A DNA stretch of 64,000 bases from Candidatus Giovannonibacteria bacterium RIFCSPLOWO2_02_FULL_43_54 (GTDB lineage: Bacteria; Patescibacteriota; Minisyncoccia; UBA11713; 2-01-FULL-45-33). The stretch spans positions 2,033 through 66,032 of the forward strand of contig MFIK01000041.1 of assembly GCA_001778875.1 (NCBI GenBank). The letters run 5' to 3'. The notes below the pieces were generated by a model. It ran no database searches, was not told the DNA's origin, and saw only the letters and a list, made by a program, of their open reading frames with translations. Shown one piece after another: positions 45,991 through 55,799 of the stretch; within the stretch, counting starts at the first letter, position 1; every line of letters starts with the position of its first letter. The translations under genes were made by a program, and so were the position numbers.

Positions 45991-47253
45991 TTACTCTGCC
46001 GCTATGCCATCCCCCGAAACATCGCCTTCGGTGGTTGCTTCGGCTACAACTTCGCCGCCGCGAGAGCGGATGTCTATTTTATAACCGGTTAGTTTCGCGG
46101 CAAGACGCACATTTTGTCCGCCTTTGCCGATAGCTAATGATAACTGGTCTTCGGCAACCGTCACTTTGGCGTGTTTTCTTTCTTCGTCAATGTCCACTTC
46201 CAAAATTTTCGCCGGGGAGAGCGAGGACGAAATATATTTTTCCGCGTTATCGTTAAATTGGATAATATCGATCTTCTCGCCTCCCAATTCCGATATCACG
46301 GTGCTGACCCTGACGCCTTTCTGTCCGACGCAGGAGCCGACCGGGTCGATGTTGTCTTCGTGCGACGAGACCGCGATCTTTGTCCTGGAACCGGCTTCTC
46401 TCGCGATATTTTTTATTTCAACGACGCCTGACGCGATTTCCGGCACCTCCATTTCAAATAGTTTTGCCACGAATTTCGGGTGGGATCTCGAAAGATATAT
46501 ATTAGGGCCGCGTTGCGATTTATCAACCGTAAGAAGCAGAGTTTTTATCCGCTCTCCTATCCTGTATCTTTCGCCTCTTACTTGTTCATCCGGAGGCAGG
46601 AGGCCTATGGCGCGGACAAGATCCAAAAATACCAGCCTTCCTTCCACTCTTTGGACGATTCCGCTCACGATTTCGCCTTCTTTGCCGGAAAATTCATCGT
46701 AAATTGAATCTCTTTCCGCCTCTCTTATTCTCTGCAGAATTACCTGCTTGGCTGTTTGCGCGGCTATGCGCCCGTAATCCTCTTTTGTTTCCAAAGGAAA
46801 AGTCAGCTCCTCCCCGAGTTTAACGCCTTTTTTGAGCGCTTTCGCTTCATCGATCATAATATGCCGGTCGGGGTTGAAGCGCACTTTTTTTACTTCTCCC
46901 TCGGCCAGACTTTCTCCCATTTCTTCCCTGGCCGCTTCTCTTGCTTCTTCGCGCTCGCTTTTGTATTCGGAAACATATGCACCGCCCGCGGCTTCACGCG
47001 CGGCTTCCTCGGCGGCGATTTCTTCCTCGGATTTGATCATTGATTCATCTACCACAGTTTTTACCTGCCAAAAAGCGGCGCCGCCGGTTGAGGCGTCGAA
47101 TTTTGACCGAACAATCTGGGTTTTCTTGCCGTAGTCTTTTTTATATGCCGCGGCCAAAGCCATCTCGATGGTCTCGATTATTTTTTCCTTTGAAATTCCT
47201 TTATCCTGGGCCAATTGGTCCAGCGCGGCGTTCAAGTTTTTGAGGTCTAACAT
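45991..47253 (-). CDS. nusA: Transcription termination/antitermination factor NusA
   Basis: N-terminal domain, S1 and two KH regions recognisable (RAIGLLPPDEQVRGERYRIGERI; KH GQKGVRV...); 420 aa with an acidic tail. Confidence 0.9.
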   Translation of the reverse strand: MLDLKNLNAALDQLAQDKGISKEKIIETIEMALAAAYKKDYGKKTQIVRSKFDASTGGAAFWQVKTVVDESMIKSEEEIAAEEAAREAAGGAYVSEYKSEREEAREAAREEMGESLAEGEVKKVRFNPDRHIMIDEAKALKKGVKLGEELTFPLETKEDYGRIAAQTAKQVILQRIREAERDSIYDEFSGKEGEIVSGIVQRVEGRLVFLDLVRAIGLLPPDEQVRGERYRIGERIKTLLLTVDKSQRGPNIYLSRSHPKFVAKLFEMEVPEIASGVVEIKNIAREAGSRTKIAVSSHEDNIDPVGSCVGQKGVRVSTVISELGGEKIDIIQFNDNAEKYISSSLSPAKILEVDIDEERKHAKVTVAEDQLSLAIGKGGQNVRLAAKLTGYKIDIRSRGGEVVAEATTEGDVSGDGIAAE

Positions 47254-47285
47254 AAAATACTAATTACTAATAAAATACGAATATA

Positions 47286-47330
47286 CTAATAAATTTTGAA
47301 TACCAATTTGTATATTCGTACGATATTAGT
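47286..47330. promoter_or_regulatory. 11-bp inverted repeat TACGAATATAC ... GTATATTCGTA (24-nt spacer) in the nusA / histidine-kinase intergenic region
   Basis: Perfect inverted repeat within an AT-rich region that also has TACTAAT repeats. Confidence 0.35.
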
Positions 47331-47472
47331 AATTGGTACTCGGTAACAAAAAATCCATGCTAATCATGGACATTATCAAGTCTAGCGCAAAGTAAACAAG
47401 ATGTCAAGCCAGCCAGCTTATTCCCAATCTAGAATTATGTATAAACCAATAAATTTAATATAATAGGTAAAT

Positions 47473-48426
47473 ATGGAGAATAAGTGGTATGACGGGTTAA
47501 ATTTGAGAAAGATTTGCGGAAAATACAGGGTAAGCGTGTTGCAATGCCCGCAATTCCTGTTTTTAGTAATGGGCCTCATTATTATTGTGACAGTTTTGGC
47601 GGCCTATGTGGCGGCAAGCGCCTATGATCAGCCGGAGCTTGCCGCCTTGTCGGTCTTGATCTTAGCTTCAGTGCTCTTTGTTATCGGTCACATGATTATT
47701 TCCGCTTTCGAAAAAGTGGCGCTGTCTTCGCTTTCAAAATCCGAATTCATAAGTATAATGTCGCACCAGCTCCGCTCGCCGTTATCCGCGGTAAAATGGC
47801 AATTAAACGTAATGCTGTCAGAGGATGCGAAGCAGGAAGACAAATTGAACGACCGCGCGCGCGCGTATCTGGAGGCAATCTACGGACAAAATGAAAGAAT
47901 GATAAGGGCGGTAAATGACTTGCTGGAGGTAAATCGCATCGAGGACCGCGATCTTATTCTGCGGCCGACGGCCTTTTCTTTGCGCGCACTTACCGAGCGG
48001 GTCATGAAAAATTACGAAAAATTTTCTTCGGCCAATAATGTGCAGATAGGCGTTTTTGCACAGGACGACTTGCCGATGGTCCTGGCCGATGAAGAACGGA
48101 TAAAAAGGGTGATCGAGCATTTGACGGATAACGCGGTAAGGTATTCGACAAAAAAGAGCGAAATAAAAATAAGCATAAAAAATTACGGGGACAGGATCGA
48201 TTGGAAAATAATCGACCAGGGCGCAGGAATACCGGACACTGACAAGCCGAGAATATTCGATAAATTTTTCCGCTCCGTGAATGCAAGCCGTTATCAAACT
48301 GAAGGTTCAGGAGTTGGATTATTTATCGCGAAATCTATAATAAAAATGCACGGGGGAGTTATCGGATTTTCCTCCGAATTAGAAAAAGGGTCGACATTTT
48401 GGTTTTCCCTTCCAATTAAGAAATGA
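47473..48426 (+). CDS. Sensor histidine kinase (membrane-anchored; HisKA plus HATPase_c)
   Basis: H-box SHQLRSPLSAV; N, G1 (DQGAGIP) and G2 (GSGVGL) boxes; 317 aa. Confidence 0.8.
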   Translation: MENKWYDGLNLRKICGKYRVSVLQCPQFLFLVMGLIIIVTVLAAYVAASAYDQPELAALSVLILASVLFVIGHMIISAFEKVALSSLSKSEFISIMSHQLRSPLSAVKWQLNVMLSEDAKQEDKLNDRARAYLEAIYGQNERMIRAVNDLLEVNRIEDRDLILRPTAFSLRALTERVMKNYEKFSSANNVQIGVFAQDDLPMVLADEERIKRVIEHLTDNAVRYSTKKSEIKISIKNYGDRIDWKIIDQGAGIPDTDKPRIFDKFFRSVNASRYQTEGSGVGLFIAKSIIKMHGGVIGFSSELEKGSTFWFSLPIKK

Positions 48427-48490
48427 GGAGGCCAGCCTCGCCGAGTCTAGGCGGGCAAACATTATAAATTTATTAATTAAATAAAAAAAT

Positions 48491-48862
48491 ATGAAAAAGA
48501 TTTTATTTATCGAGGACGAGGAATCTCTGCAGCGGGCTATGGGCTCGATGTTGGAGCAGAAAAAAATGCAGATATTAAAAGCGCTTAACGGCGAGGATGG
48601 GCTTAATATCGCAAAAAAAGAAACGCCCGACCTCATTCTGTTAGACCTTATTTTGCCGAAGAAAAACGGTTTCGAGGTGCTTGGGGAATTAAAAAAAGAT
48701 CCGGGAACGAAAGATATACCGATAATAGTGCTCACCAATCTTGAGGGAAGCACTGACATTGAGCGCGCCTTGGCTTTGGGTGCAACGACCTATCTTGTTA
48801 AGGCAAATTACACACTCGAAGACATAATGGCCAAGATCGAGAGCGTTTTGGAGCATAAGTAA
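48491..48862 (+). CDS. Receiver-domain-only response regulator (CheY-like)
   Basis: DLILLDLILP phospho-acceptor Asp context, T and K residues; 123 aa with no output domain. Confidence 0.8.
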   Translation: MKKILFIEDEESLQRAMGSMLEQKKMQILKALNGEDGLNIAKKETPDLILLDLILPKKNGFEVLGELKKDPGTKDIPIIVLTNLEGSTDIERALALGATTYLVKANYTLEDIMAKIESVLEHK

Positions 48863-48923
48863 AAATGGATCTAAAAAAACTTGTATTTGTTGATTAACAG
48901 TCATTTCATGCTATTATCCGAAT

Positions 48924-49151
48924 ATGGAAACAATGATACAAAAAGGATATAAAGAGATTTTACGCAGACAAAATAAGCTCGAAATGGAATTGGCATTGAT
49001 TAAAAAAACCGTTTTGGCGAATGATGAATCAAACATAAAACCTTCTGTTTTAAAGCGCTGGGAAAGGATTAGTCGCGATATGGATCGAGGCAAAGCGGCG
49101 CGCGCGTTTAATTCTGTGCAAGAGATGAAAAAATGGCTTAAGAATTTGTAA
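48924..49151 (+). CDS. Putative antitoxin partner of the downstream RelE/ParE-like toxin
   Basis: 75-aa ORF immediately upstream of the toxin gene with a 1-nt spacer. Confidence 0.4.
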   Translation: METMIQKGYKEILRRQNKLEMELALIKKTVLANDESNIKPSVLKRWERISRDMDRGKAARAFNSVQEMKKWLKNL

Positions 49152-49152
49152 G

Positions 49153-49440
49153 GTGTTTGAAAAACAATCAAGCGCGATAAACAAAATTACTAATTCTCAA
49201 GAATTTGAGAAAGTTATTATCAAATTAAAAAAGAAAGACGATTCTCTTTTTGATCAGCTTACCGTCCAAATGGAAAAAGCAGTAAGAATTCCAAATATTG
49301 GAAAACCTCTTCGCTATACATTAAAGAATCGCAGGCGTCTGCATGTCGGTTCTTTTGTTTTGGTTTATGAATTTTTTAACGGAGAATTGAAATTTTTAGA
49401 TTTCGACCATCATGATAAGATTTATAAAAAGTATAAATAA
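49153..49440 (+). CDS. RelE/ParE-family toxin
   Basis: C-terminal GKPLRYTLKNRRRLHVGSFVLVYEFFNGELKFLDFDHHDKIY fits the RelE/ParE core pattern (R...R.hvG.YRhlY...h.hl.h.HR...Y); 95 aa. Confidence 0.55.
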   Translation: MFEKQSSAINKITNSQEFEKVIIKLKKKDDSLFDQLTVQMEKAVRIPNIGKPLRYTLKNRRRLHVGSFVLVYEFFNGELKFLDFDHHDKIYKKYK

Positions 49441-49468
49441 CAAAATTATTTTGTAATTTTTTAACGGA

Positions 49469-51220
49469 ATGAAAATTGAACAGCAACAATTAAAGGCTTT
49501 TTTGCTTGATTCGGAGCTGGTAAGCAAAGCGGATATCGAGAAGGCGGAAAAAGAGGCGAAAACATCCGGGAAAAAGATCGACGACGTTCTTTTGGCCCAA
49601 AAAAAAGTATCTGAAGCGGATATTACGCGCGTTAAAGCCTATATTTTAGGCATACCGTTCGTAAATCTTGAAGGGGAAAAGATCGACCCGAAAATTTTAG
49701 GGATAATTCCGGAACCGATCGCTAAAAAAAATAATATCGTGGCTTTCAAAAAAAACGGACCAAACCTTGAGGTCGCCATGCTCGATCCCGAGGACCTCGG
49801 GACAATAGAATTTATCAAGAAAAAAGCCGACCTCAAAATTCTGCCGAGGTTAACCAGTATCGCGTCTATAAAATATGTTTTGGCGCAGTATCAGAAAAGC
49901 CTCGAGGCTGAATTTGGAGATATCATTAAGGGCGAAACCGAAACTTTAGCAAAAGTTGCGAAAGATTCCGGCGCGGTTGCGGATGCCGGGGAATTAAAAA
50001 AGATTGCTGAAGACCTCCCGATTATAAGGATAGTAGATACCTTGATCCGCCACGCTATTCTTGGAAGAGCATCGGACATTCATATCGAGCCGATGGAGAA
50101 GGAAGTTTTGGTCCGTTATAGAATAGACGGGATTCTCCATGACGCGATGGTTTTGCCGGCACAAGTCGCCGCCGGCATCGTGGCCCGCATAAAAGTACTT
50201 TCAAATTTAAAGTTAGATGAACATAGGCTGCCACAAGATGGGCGGTTTAAAATTGAGACTCCGGAATACAAGATATCTTTTCGTGTCTCGGTGCTTCCAG
50301 TATTTGACGGCGAAAAAGTCGTAATGAGGCTCCTTCCCGAAGATTCCAAAGGATTCGGACTTGAGGATCTTGGCTTTCACGGAGAGGCGCTTGAACTTTT
50401 GTATAAAAATATAAAAAAACCGGTCGGTATGATCTTGGCTACCGGTCCTACCGGTTCCGGGAAAACAACGACGCTCTATTCAATCCTTGCCATACTTAAC
50501 GTGCCGGGAGTAAATATTTCCACGATTGAAGACCCTATTGAATACAGGATGCCGCGAGTAAATCAAACGCAGGTTCGTCCGGACATCGGTTTTACTTTCG
50601 CAACCGGGTTGAGGTCTTTGGTTCGTCAGGATCCGGACATCATAATGGTAGGAGAGATCAGAGACAGAGAGACCGTTGATCTTGCTATAAACGCCGCGTT
50701 GACAGGACATCTCGTGCTTTCAACCTTGCATACGAATTCCGCCGCGGGCGCGCTGCCAAGAATGCTCGACATGGGTGTGGAACCGTTTTTGATAGTTTCT
50801 ACCGTGAATATAATGATCGGCCAGAGGCTGGTAAGGAGACTGGCAAAAGAAAAAACCGCATACAATCTTTCGGATACCGAATTCAAAGAATTGGGCAAAG
50901 AAGTGGATCTAGACCGGGTTTTGGCCGTTTTAAAAAAAGAAAAAATAATTTCCCCGAAAGCGTCCTGGAAAGATGTAAGTTTTTACAAGCCAAAGCCGTC
51001 GTCTGACACGGAAGACGGCTACTTGAGCCGGATAGGAATACATGAGGTTTTGGCTGTTACTCCAACTATCAAGGAGCTTGTGATGAAGGGTGCTACAGCT
51101 GACACTATTGAAGCGCAGGCGAAATCGGAAGGAATGATGACGATGCTGGAAGACGGCATTTTCAAATGCGTTCAAGGTATTACTACTATTGAAGAGATAT
51201 TGAGGGTTACGAGGGAATAG
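49469..51220 (+). CDS. pilB: Type IV pilus assembly ATPase PilB (GspE family)
   Basis: Walker A GPTGSGKTTT, Asp box, His box, tetracysteine-less T2SS-E architecture; 583 aa. Confidence 0.9.
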   Translation: MKIEQQQLKAFLLDSELVSKADIEKAEKEAKTSGKKIDDVLLAQKKVSEADITRVKAYILGIPFVNLEGEKIDPKILGIIPEPIAKKNNIVAFKKNGPNLEVAMLDPEDLGTIEFIKKKADLKILPRLTSIASIKYVLAQYQKSLEAEFGDIIKGETETLAKVAKDSGAVADAGELKKIAEDLPIIRIVDTLIRHAILGRASDIHIEPMEKEVLVRYRIDGILHDAMVLPAQVAAGIVARIKVLSNLKLDEHRLPQDGRFKIETPEYKISFRVSVLPVFDGEKVVMRLLPEDSKGFGLEDLGFHGEALELLYKNIKKPVGMILATGPTGSGKTTTLYSILAILNVPGVNISTIEDPIEYRMPRVNQTQVRPDIGFTFATGLRSLVRQDPDIIMVGEIRDRETVDLAINAALTGHLVLSTLHTNSAAGALPRMLDMGVEPFLIVSTVNIMIGQRLVRRLAKEKTAYNLSDTEFKELGKEVDLDRVLAVLKKEKIISPKASWKDVSFYKPKPSSDTEDGYLSRIGIHEVLAVTPTIKELVMKGATADTIEAQAKSEGMMTMLEDGIFKCVQGITTIEEILRVTRE

Positions 51221-51246
51221 CGGCTATATTATGTTAAAATATAGTC

Positions 51247-52485
51247 ATGCCGGTTTTTCATTATAAAGCGAGGGATACGCAGGGCGCGGAGCTCGAGGGA
51301 GACAGGGAAGCGAAAGATCAGTATGAACTTGCAAAGGCGCTTAGGGCGGAGAATCTCCAGCCGGTTTTTATCACGGATCAGAAAAACGCAAAAAGGGGGA
51401 TTTTTTCTGCAAATATTAAACTGAATCATTATACCCCATCTTTCTTGGCGCGGATTAGTTTGGAGGAAAAAATGAATTTCGCGAGGAATGCCGCCGTTAT
51501 GATCGGAGCGGGACTATCGCTGTCCAAGGCGCTCGATGTAATGACCAGGCAGACCACGAATGAAAAATTCAAAGGAATAATTTTTGCGATGGTAGATACG
51601 ATCAAGCGGGGAAAAACATTTGCCGAGGCCTTGGAAGAATATCCGAATGTTTTTCCGGGCTATTTTCGGGAAATGGTGAGGGCCGGAGAAAAATCCGGAA
51701 AATTGGAAGACTCGCTGAAGCTGGTTGCGATGCAATTAAAGAAAGATTACACGCTCCGCAGGAAGATCAGAAGCGCCATGATCTATCCGGCGATAATTAT
51801 TCTTGCGATGATCGGCATCGGCATTTTGATGCTGATCTACGTGGTTCCGACGCTTGTGCAGACTTTCGGCGAATTAAAAGTCGAACTTCCTGCCTCAACG
51901 AAGTTTATTGTTTTCTTAAGCCAGGCTCTCGTTGACAGCTGGTATTTAATGCTGTTGGGGGCAGCTGTTATAGGATATGGCGCGTTTCGGGCGATTAAAA
52001 CTGCGGCGGGGAAAATGGTCGCTGATTGGGCATTCATACATGCCCCGGTGATCAAGGGTATTAATCAAAAATTCAACGCCGCGCGCACATGCAGGACATT
52101 ATCATCGCTGCTTTCTTCCGGAGTCGATGTTCTCGAGGCTCTTTCCATAACCAAAGGGGTTTTACAAAACAGCTATTATCAGGCGGTGCTGGAAAACGCA
52201 CGCGGCCTGATCCAAAAAGGAGAAACTATCTCCAAAGCTTTTGTCGCGGCTGAAGGCCTTTTTCCACCGCTTGTCGGAGAGATGATGTCGGTTGGCGAAG
52301 AGACTGGTGAACTTTCAAATATGCTTTTGAGGCTTTCGATCTTTTATGAAAATGAAGTTTCCGTGGCCACAAAAGACCTTTCCACGATAATCGAACCGCT
52401 GCTTATGATAATTATAGGTATTGTCGTCGGTTTTTTCGCGATATCGATGATTTCGCCGATGTATAACTTGGTAGGAGCTTTCTAA
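51247..52485 (+). CDS. pilC: Type IV pilus platform protein PilC (GspF family)
   Basis: Two GspF repeats, polytopic; 412 aa. Confidence 0.9.
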   Translation: MPVFHYKARDTQGAELEGDREAKDQYELAKALRAENLQPVFITDQKNAKRGIFSANIKLNHYTPSFLARISLEEKMNFARNAAVMIGAGLSLSKALDVMTRQTTNEKFKGIIFAMVDTIKRGKTFAEALEEYPNVFPGYFREMVRAGEKSGKLEDSLKLVAMQLKKDYTLRRKIRSAMIYPAIIILAMIGIGILMLIYVVPTLVQTFGELKVELPASTKFIVFLSQALVDSWYLMLLGAAVIGYGAFRAIKTAAGKMVADWAFIHAPVIKGINQKFNAARTCRTLSSLLSSGVDVLEALSITKGVLQNSYYQAVLENARGLIQKGETISKAFVAAEGLFPPLVGEMMSVGEETGELSNMLLRLSIFYENEVSVATKDLSTIIEPLLMIIIGIVVGFFAISMISPMYNLVGAF

Positions 52486-52490
52486 CGGCG

Positions 52491-52937
52491 ATGCGTGGAA
52501 TAACCTTATTGGAAATGCTTGTGGCGATGGGAATATTGATTATTGCCGCCACGATGATCGAAAGCGTTTTTTCGAATTTTTCGGACTCTGGCAAATTGAT
52601 CGAAGCGCATTCCGGCCTAATCGGAGTATTAAGGGACGCGAGAAGCAGGACGCTCGCGTCAGAATCATCTTCAAATTACGGAGTGCATTTCCAATCCGAC
52701 AGGGCCATACTCTTTCGCGGAAACACATATAATGCCGCCGACCCGGCGAATGAAGCTTATGTTTTGTCCGGCCGCTCCGAGATAGGCGCGATCGCGCTAT
52801 CCGGCGGCGCGAGCGACCTGATCTTTACCCGCTTGCATGGCACAACCACCGCGTCGGGCACGATAACGATAAGATCGACAAATAATCCGTCAAAAACCCG
52901 CATAATTACGATCTTGCCTTCAGGAGGAGTTCAGTAG
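52491..52937 (+). CDS. Type IV pilin / pseudopilin
   Basis: Class III signal MRGITLLEMLVAMGILIIAA (G-1, E+5). Confidence 0.7.
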   Translation: MRGITLLEMLVAMGILIIAATMIESVFSNFSDSGKLIEAHSGLIGVLRDARSRTLASESSSNYGVHFQSDRAILFRGNTYNAADPANEAYVLSGRSEIGAIALSGGASDLIFTRLHGTTTASGTITIRSTNNPSKTRIITILPSGGVQ

Positions 52938-52964
52938 GGGCGTAAATATGTTAAAATAATAGTA

Positions 52965-53459
52965 ATGCGAATTGTCAAAAAAATCACCGGTTTCGGGGTG
53001 ATCGAGATCCTAATCGCTTCAGGAATCATTGGGGCTACGCTTTTTTCCTTATATTATGTTTTTGCGCTTGGAACACGCCTCTCTTCGGACGCCGGCAGCA
53101 AGGTCAGCGGAAATTTTTTGGCGGAAGAAGGCCTGGAAGCGGCAAGGTTTTTGCGCGATTCAAGCTGGCAGGCGAATATTTCAGGTTTAACTCCCGGAAT
53201 AAATTATTATATTTTATTCGATAAAATAAATTCCGCGTGGAGCATAGCAGCTTCTGCACCGGCGCCGATCGACGGCGTGTTTTACAGGACATTAACGGTG
53301 GAAAATGTTTTCCGCGATTCAGACGATAATATCGTAAGCTCCGGCGGAACAGTCGATCCAGACACAAAAAAAATAAATATCGAAATTGCGTGGCAGGGCA
53401 GGGGGGCGACTTCCACAATACTGCTTAGCACTTATTTAGCGGATTTATTCGAAAACTGA
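52965..53459 (+). CDS. Pilin-like (minor pilin) protein
   Basis: N-terminal GFGVIEILIASGIIGATLFSL prepilin-type helix. Confidence 0.55.
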   Translation: MRIVKKITGFGVIEILIASGIIGATLFSLYYVFALGTRLSSDAGSKVSGNFLAEEGLEAARFLRDSSWQANISGLTPGINYYILFDKINSAWSIAASAPAPIDGVFYRTLTVENVFRDSDDNIVSSGGTVDPDTKKINIEIAWQGRGATSTILLSTYLADLFEN

Positions 53460-53460
53460 C

Positions 53461-53943
53461 GTGAAAAAAAGTGGCTATTCATTATTAGAGGCGGTCATCT
53501 ATATTGCAATACTTTCCGTTGTCGCAATCGTTGTGGTCGAGTCGGTTTTTGTGCTCTACAAAGCTTATGGAAGGTCCCGTGTTGAACGGCGACTGAATCT
53601 AAATGGAGATCACGCGATCGAAAGAATCATAAGAGAGATCCGCCAGGCTACTTCCACGGACCTTGCCGGAAGCAGCTTTGGAACGAGCCCCGGAGTTCTT
53701 TTGGTCGGAGGCAAAACTTTTTCATTGGTCGGGCCCAACGGGCCGCTGCAAGCGGAGGAACAAGGAGGAGTCGCGGAAGCGATCACTTCCGATGTTGATG
53801 TTGTATCGCTTTATTTTTACCGGCAATCTACCTCTACTCCGTCAGAGATCATTAAAGCGGAAATTACGCTATCTGCCGGCGAAGGTTCGTTTTCTAAAAC
53901 AAAAAATTTTTATGGAAGCGCCGTTTTAAGAAAAAAATACTAA
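53461..53943 (+). CDS. Pilin-like (minor pilin) protein
   Basis: N-terminal SGYSLLEAVIYIAILSVVAIVVV prepilin-type helix. Confidence 0.55.
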   Translation: MKKSGYSLLEAVIYIAILSVVAIVVVESVFVLYKAYGRSRVERRLNLNGDHAIERIIREIRQATSTDLAGSSFGTSPGVLLVGGKTFSLVGPNGPLQAEEQGGVAEAITSDVDVVSLYFYRQSTSTPSEIIKAEITLSAGEGSFSKTKNFYGSAVLRKKY

Positions 53944-53974
53944 GCACTAAATTCTAAATACTAAACAAATCATA

Positions 53975-55795
53975 ATGACCAAAATCTCAAAATTTAAAAC
54001 ATTAGAATTTAGAATTTTGAATTTATTTAGGGTTTGGTGCTTAGGATTTAGGATTTCCGCGCAGAAGCGCGGCCAGGCTGCGTTGATTGCCGTAGTATTC
54101 ATGCTCGCAATAACTTTATCCGCAGTTTTTGGGATAGTTGGTTTAGCTTTCAGGGAGATCAGGGTCTCAAGCGAGAATAATAAGGCGAAAAATTCGTATT
54201 TTACAGCGGAGGCAGGCATCGAGGATGCGGTTTACCGCCTAATGCGAGGTAAAAATTTGAGTTCTTCGTATTCCGTTACGCTAAATAATGCTACCGCGAA
54301 TATCGAGGTTACTGATATTGCTGCTTCACAAAAAGAAATCAATGCTTCCGGAGATTTTTCCGGCGCGCAACGAATTCTCAAAGCTTCTTTACTCACAGGA
54401 ACGGATTCCGCAAGTTTTTTTTACGGAGTGCAAGTGGGCGACGGAGGCCTAGAGATGGAAAATAATTCAATAGTCAATGGAAATGTTTATTCAAACGGCA
54501 GTATTGAGGGCGAAAATGGAGCGCACATAACAGGGGACGTGGTTGTTGCCGGCGGAATAACAATTCTGCCGAGCGTTGAGTGGGCGACTCATAACACAGA
54601 CCAGTTTTTTGCAACAGCTTCTTCGAATAGAGACATAGCGCAGTCTTTCACGGCGGCTTCCGAAGGAAATTTGGCTAAAGTGTCGGTTTATTTGGGAAAA
54701 GTCGGCGCTCCCTCCGGAAATATTACTTTGAAAATTGCCAATGATAATTCCGGAAAACCGTCTACCGGCAATATAGCTAGTGCGACAATCCCGAATTCTT
54801 CCGTCGGAGCGACTCCGTCATGGATAGATGTTTCTTTTTCTTCTTCTCCAAATCTCACTAACGGAAATAAATATTGGATAGTTTTGGATTATGGCTCGAA
54901 TTCAGCAACTAATTATTGGAATTGGAGGAAAGATAATACAGATGCTTACGCGAATAATACCGGAAAATATACAAGCAATTGTTGTTCAGGAAGCCCGACT
55001 TGGATCAACGCTGGCGGCGATTTGGCATTCAAGGTTTGGATAGGCGGGGTTAATACATCTATCGATGGTTTAACAATCGGCGACAGTATTAGCGGCAGCG
55101 GACGGGCGAATCTTTTCATAAACACAACAATACATGGTTCAGTCTGCCCTAACCAATATTGCATTACGGACAATCCATCGAAAGAAAATATGCCGATATC
55201 TGATGGTTTAGTTCAGGACTGGAAGAACGCTGCTTTGGCCGGCGGCACATGCGCGCCTCCAACTTGCTCAAGCTCGGGAGATTACACATTAGACAATTTT
55301 ACCTCCGGAAGTTTGGGCCCCATTAAAATACCCGGAAGCATGACTATTAGCAATGGGGCAACACTTACTGTGACCGGCACCATATGGGTGCAAGGCACGA
55401 TTTCACTTTCGAATAATGCGATTATACGGCTAGATCCTTCTTATAGCGAAAATTCAGGTTTAATTATTGCGGACGGAGACATCTCCGTCAGTAATGGCGT
55501 TACATTTTTTGGATCCGGACAGGCAGGAAGTTATTTCATGCTTTTATCGGCTCAAAATGATCCGAATGGCGTTGTAATAAATATCAGCAACAACGCGTTG
55601 GGTGTGATATATTATGCCAATAATGGTAAAATACATTTTTCAAATAATGCAACGGCGAAGGAAGCAACAGGATACGGGATAGAGCTTGATAATAATGCTT
55701 CTATTACTTATGAATCAGGCCTTGCAAATATAAATTTTTCTTCCGGCCCTTCGGGCGGGTGGGATATTAGAAGCTGGCAGGAAGTAATTCCTTAA
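53975..55795 (+). CDS. Large pilus-associated protein (PilX/minor-pilin-like N-terminus plus Asn/Gly/Ser-rich beta-rich body)
   Basis: KRGQAALIAVVFMLAITLSAVFGIV anchor; 606 aa with repetitive NxS/T-rich segments; embedded in the pilus gene cluster. Confidence 0.5.
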   Translation: MTKISKFKTLEFRILNLFRVWCLGFRISAQKRGQAALIAVVFMLAITLSAVFGIVGLAFREIRVSSENNKAKNSYFTAEAGIEDAVYRLMRGKNLSSSYSVTLNNATANIEVTDIAASQKEINASGDFSGAQRILKASLLTGTDSASFFYGVQVGDGGLEMENNSIVNGNVYSNGSIEGENGAHITGDVVVAGGITILPSVEWATHNTDQFFATASSNRDIAQSFTAASEGNLAKVSVYLGKVGAPSGNITLKIANDNSGKPSTGNIASATIPNSSVGATPSWIDVSFSSSPNLTNGNKYWIVLDYGSNSATNYWNWRKDNTDAYANNTGKYTSNCCSGSPTWINAGGDLAFKVWIGGVNTSIDGLTIGDSISGSGRANLFINTTIHGSVCPNQYCITDNPSKENMPISDGLVQDWKNAALAGGTCAPPTCSSSGDYTLDNFTSGSLGPIKIPGSMTISNGATLTVTGTIWVQGTISLSNNAIIRLDPSYSENSGLIIADGDISVSNGVTFFGSGQAGSYFMLLSAQNDPNGVVINISNNALGVIYYANNGKIHFSNNATAKEATGYGIELDNNASITYESGLANINFSSGPSGGWDIRSWQEVIP

Positions 55796-55799
55796 AAAT

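Noticed and set aside
53944-54060. Genuine telomeric or eukaryotic-contamination signal from TTAGGG-like repeats
   Set aside because: The repeats are short, degenerate (TTAGAA/TTAGGA) and embedded in a bacterial operon with coupled genes on both sides
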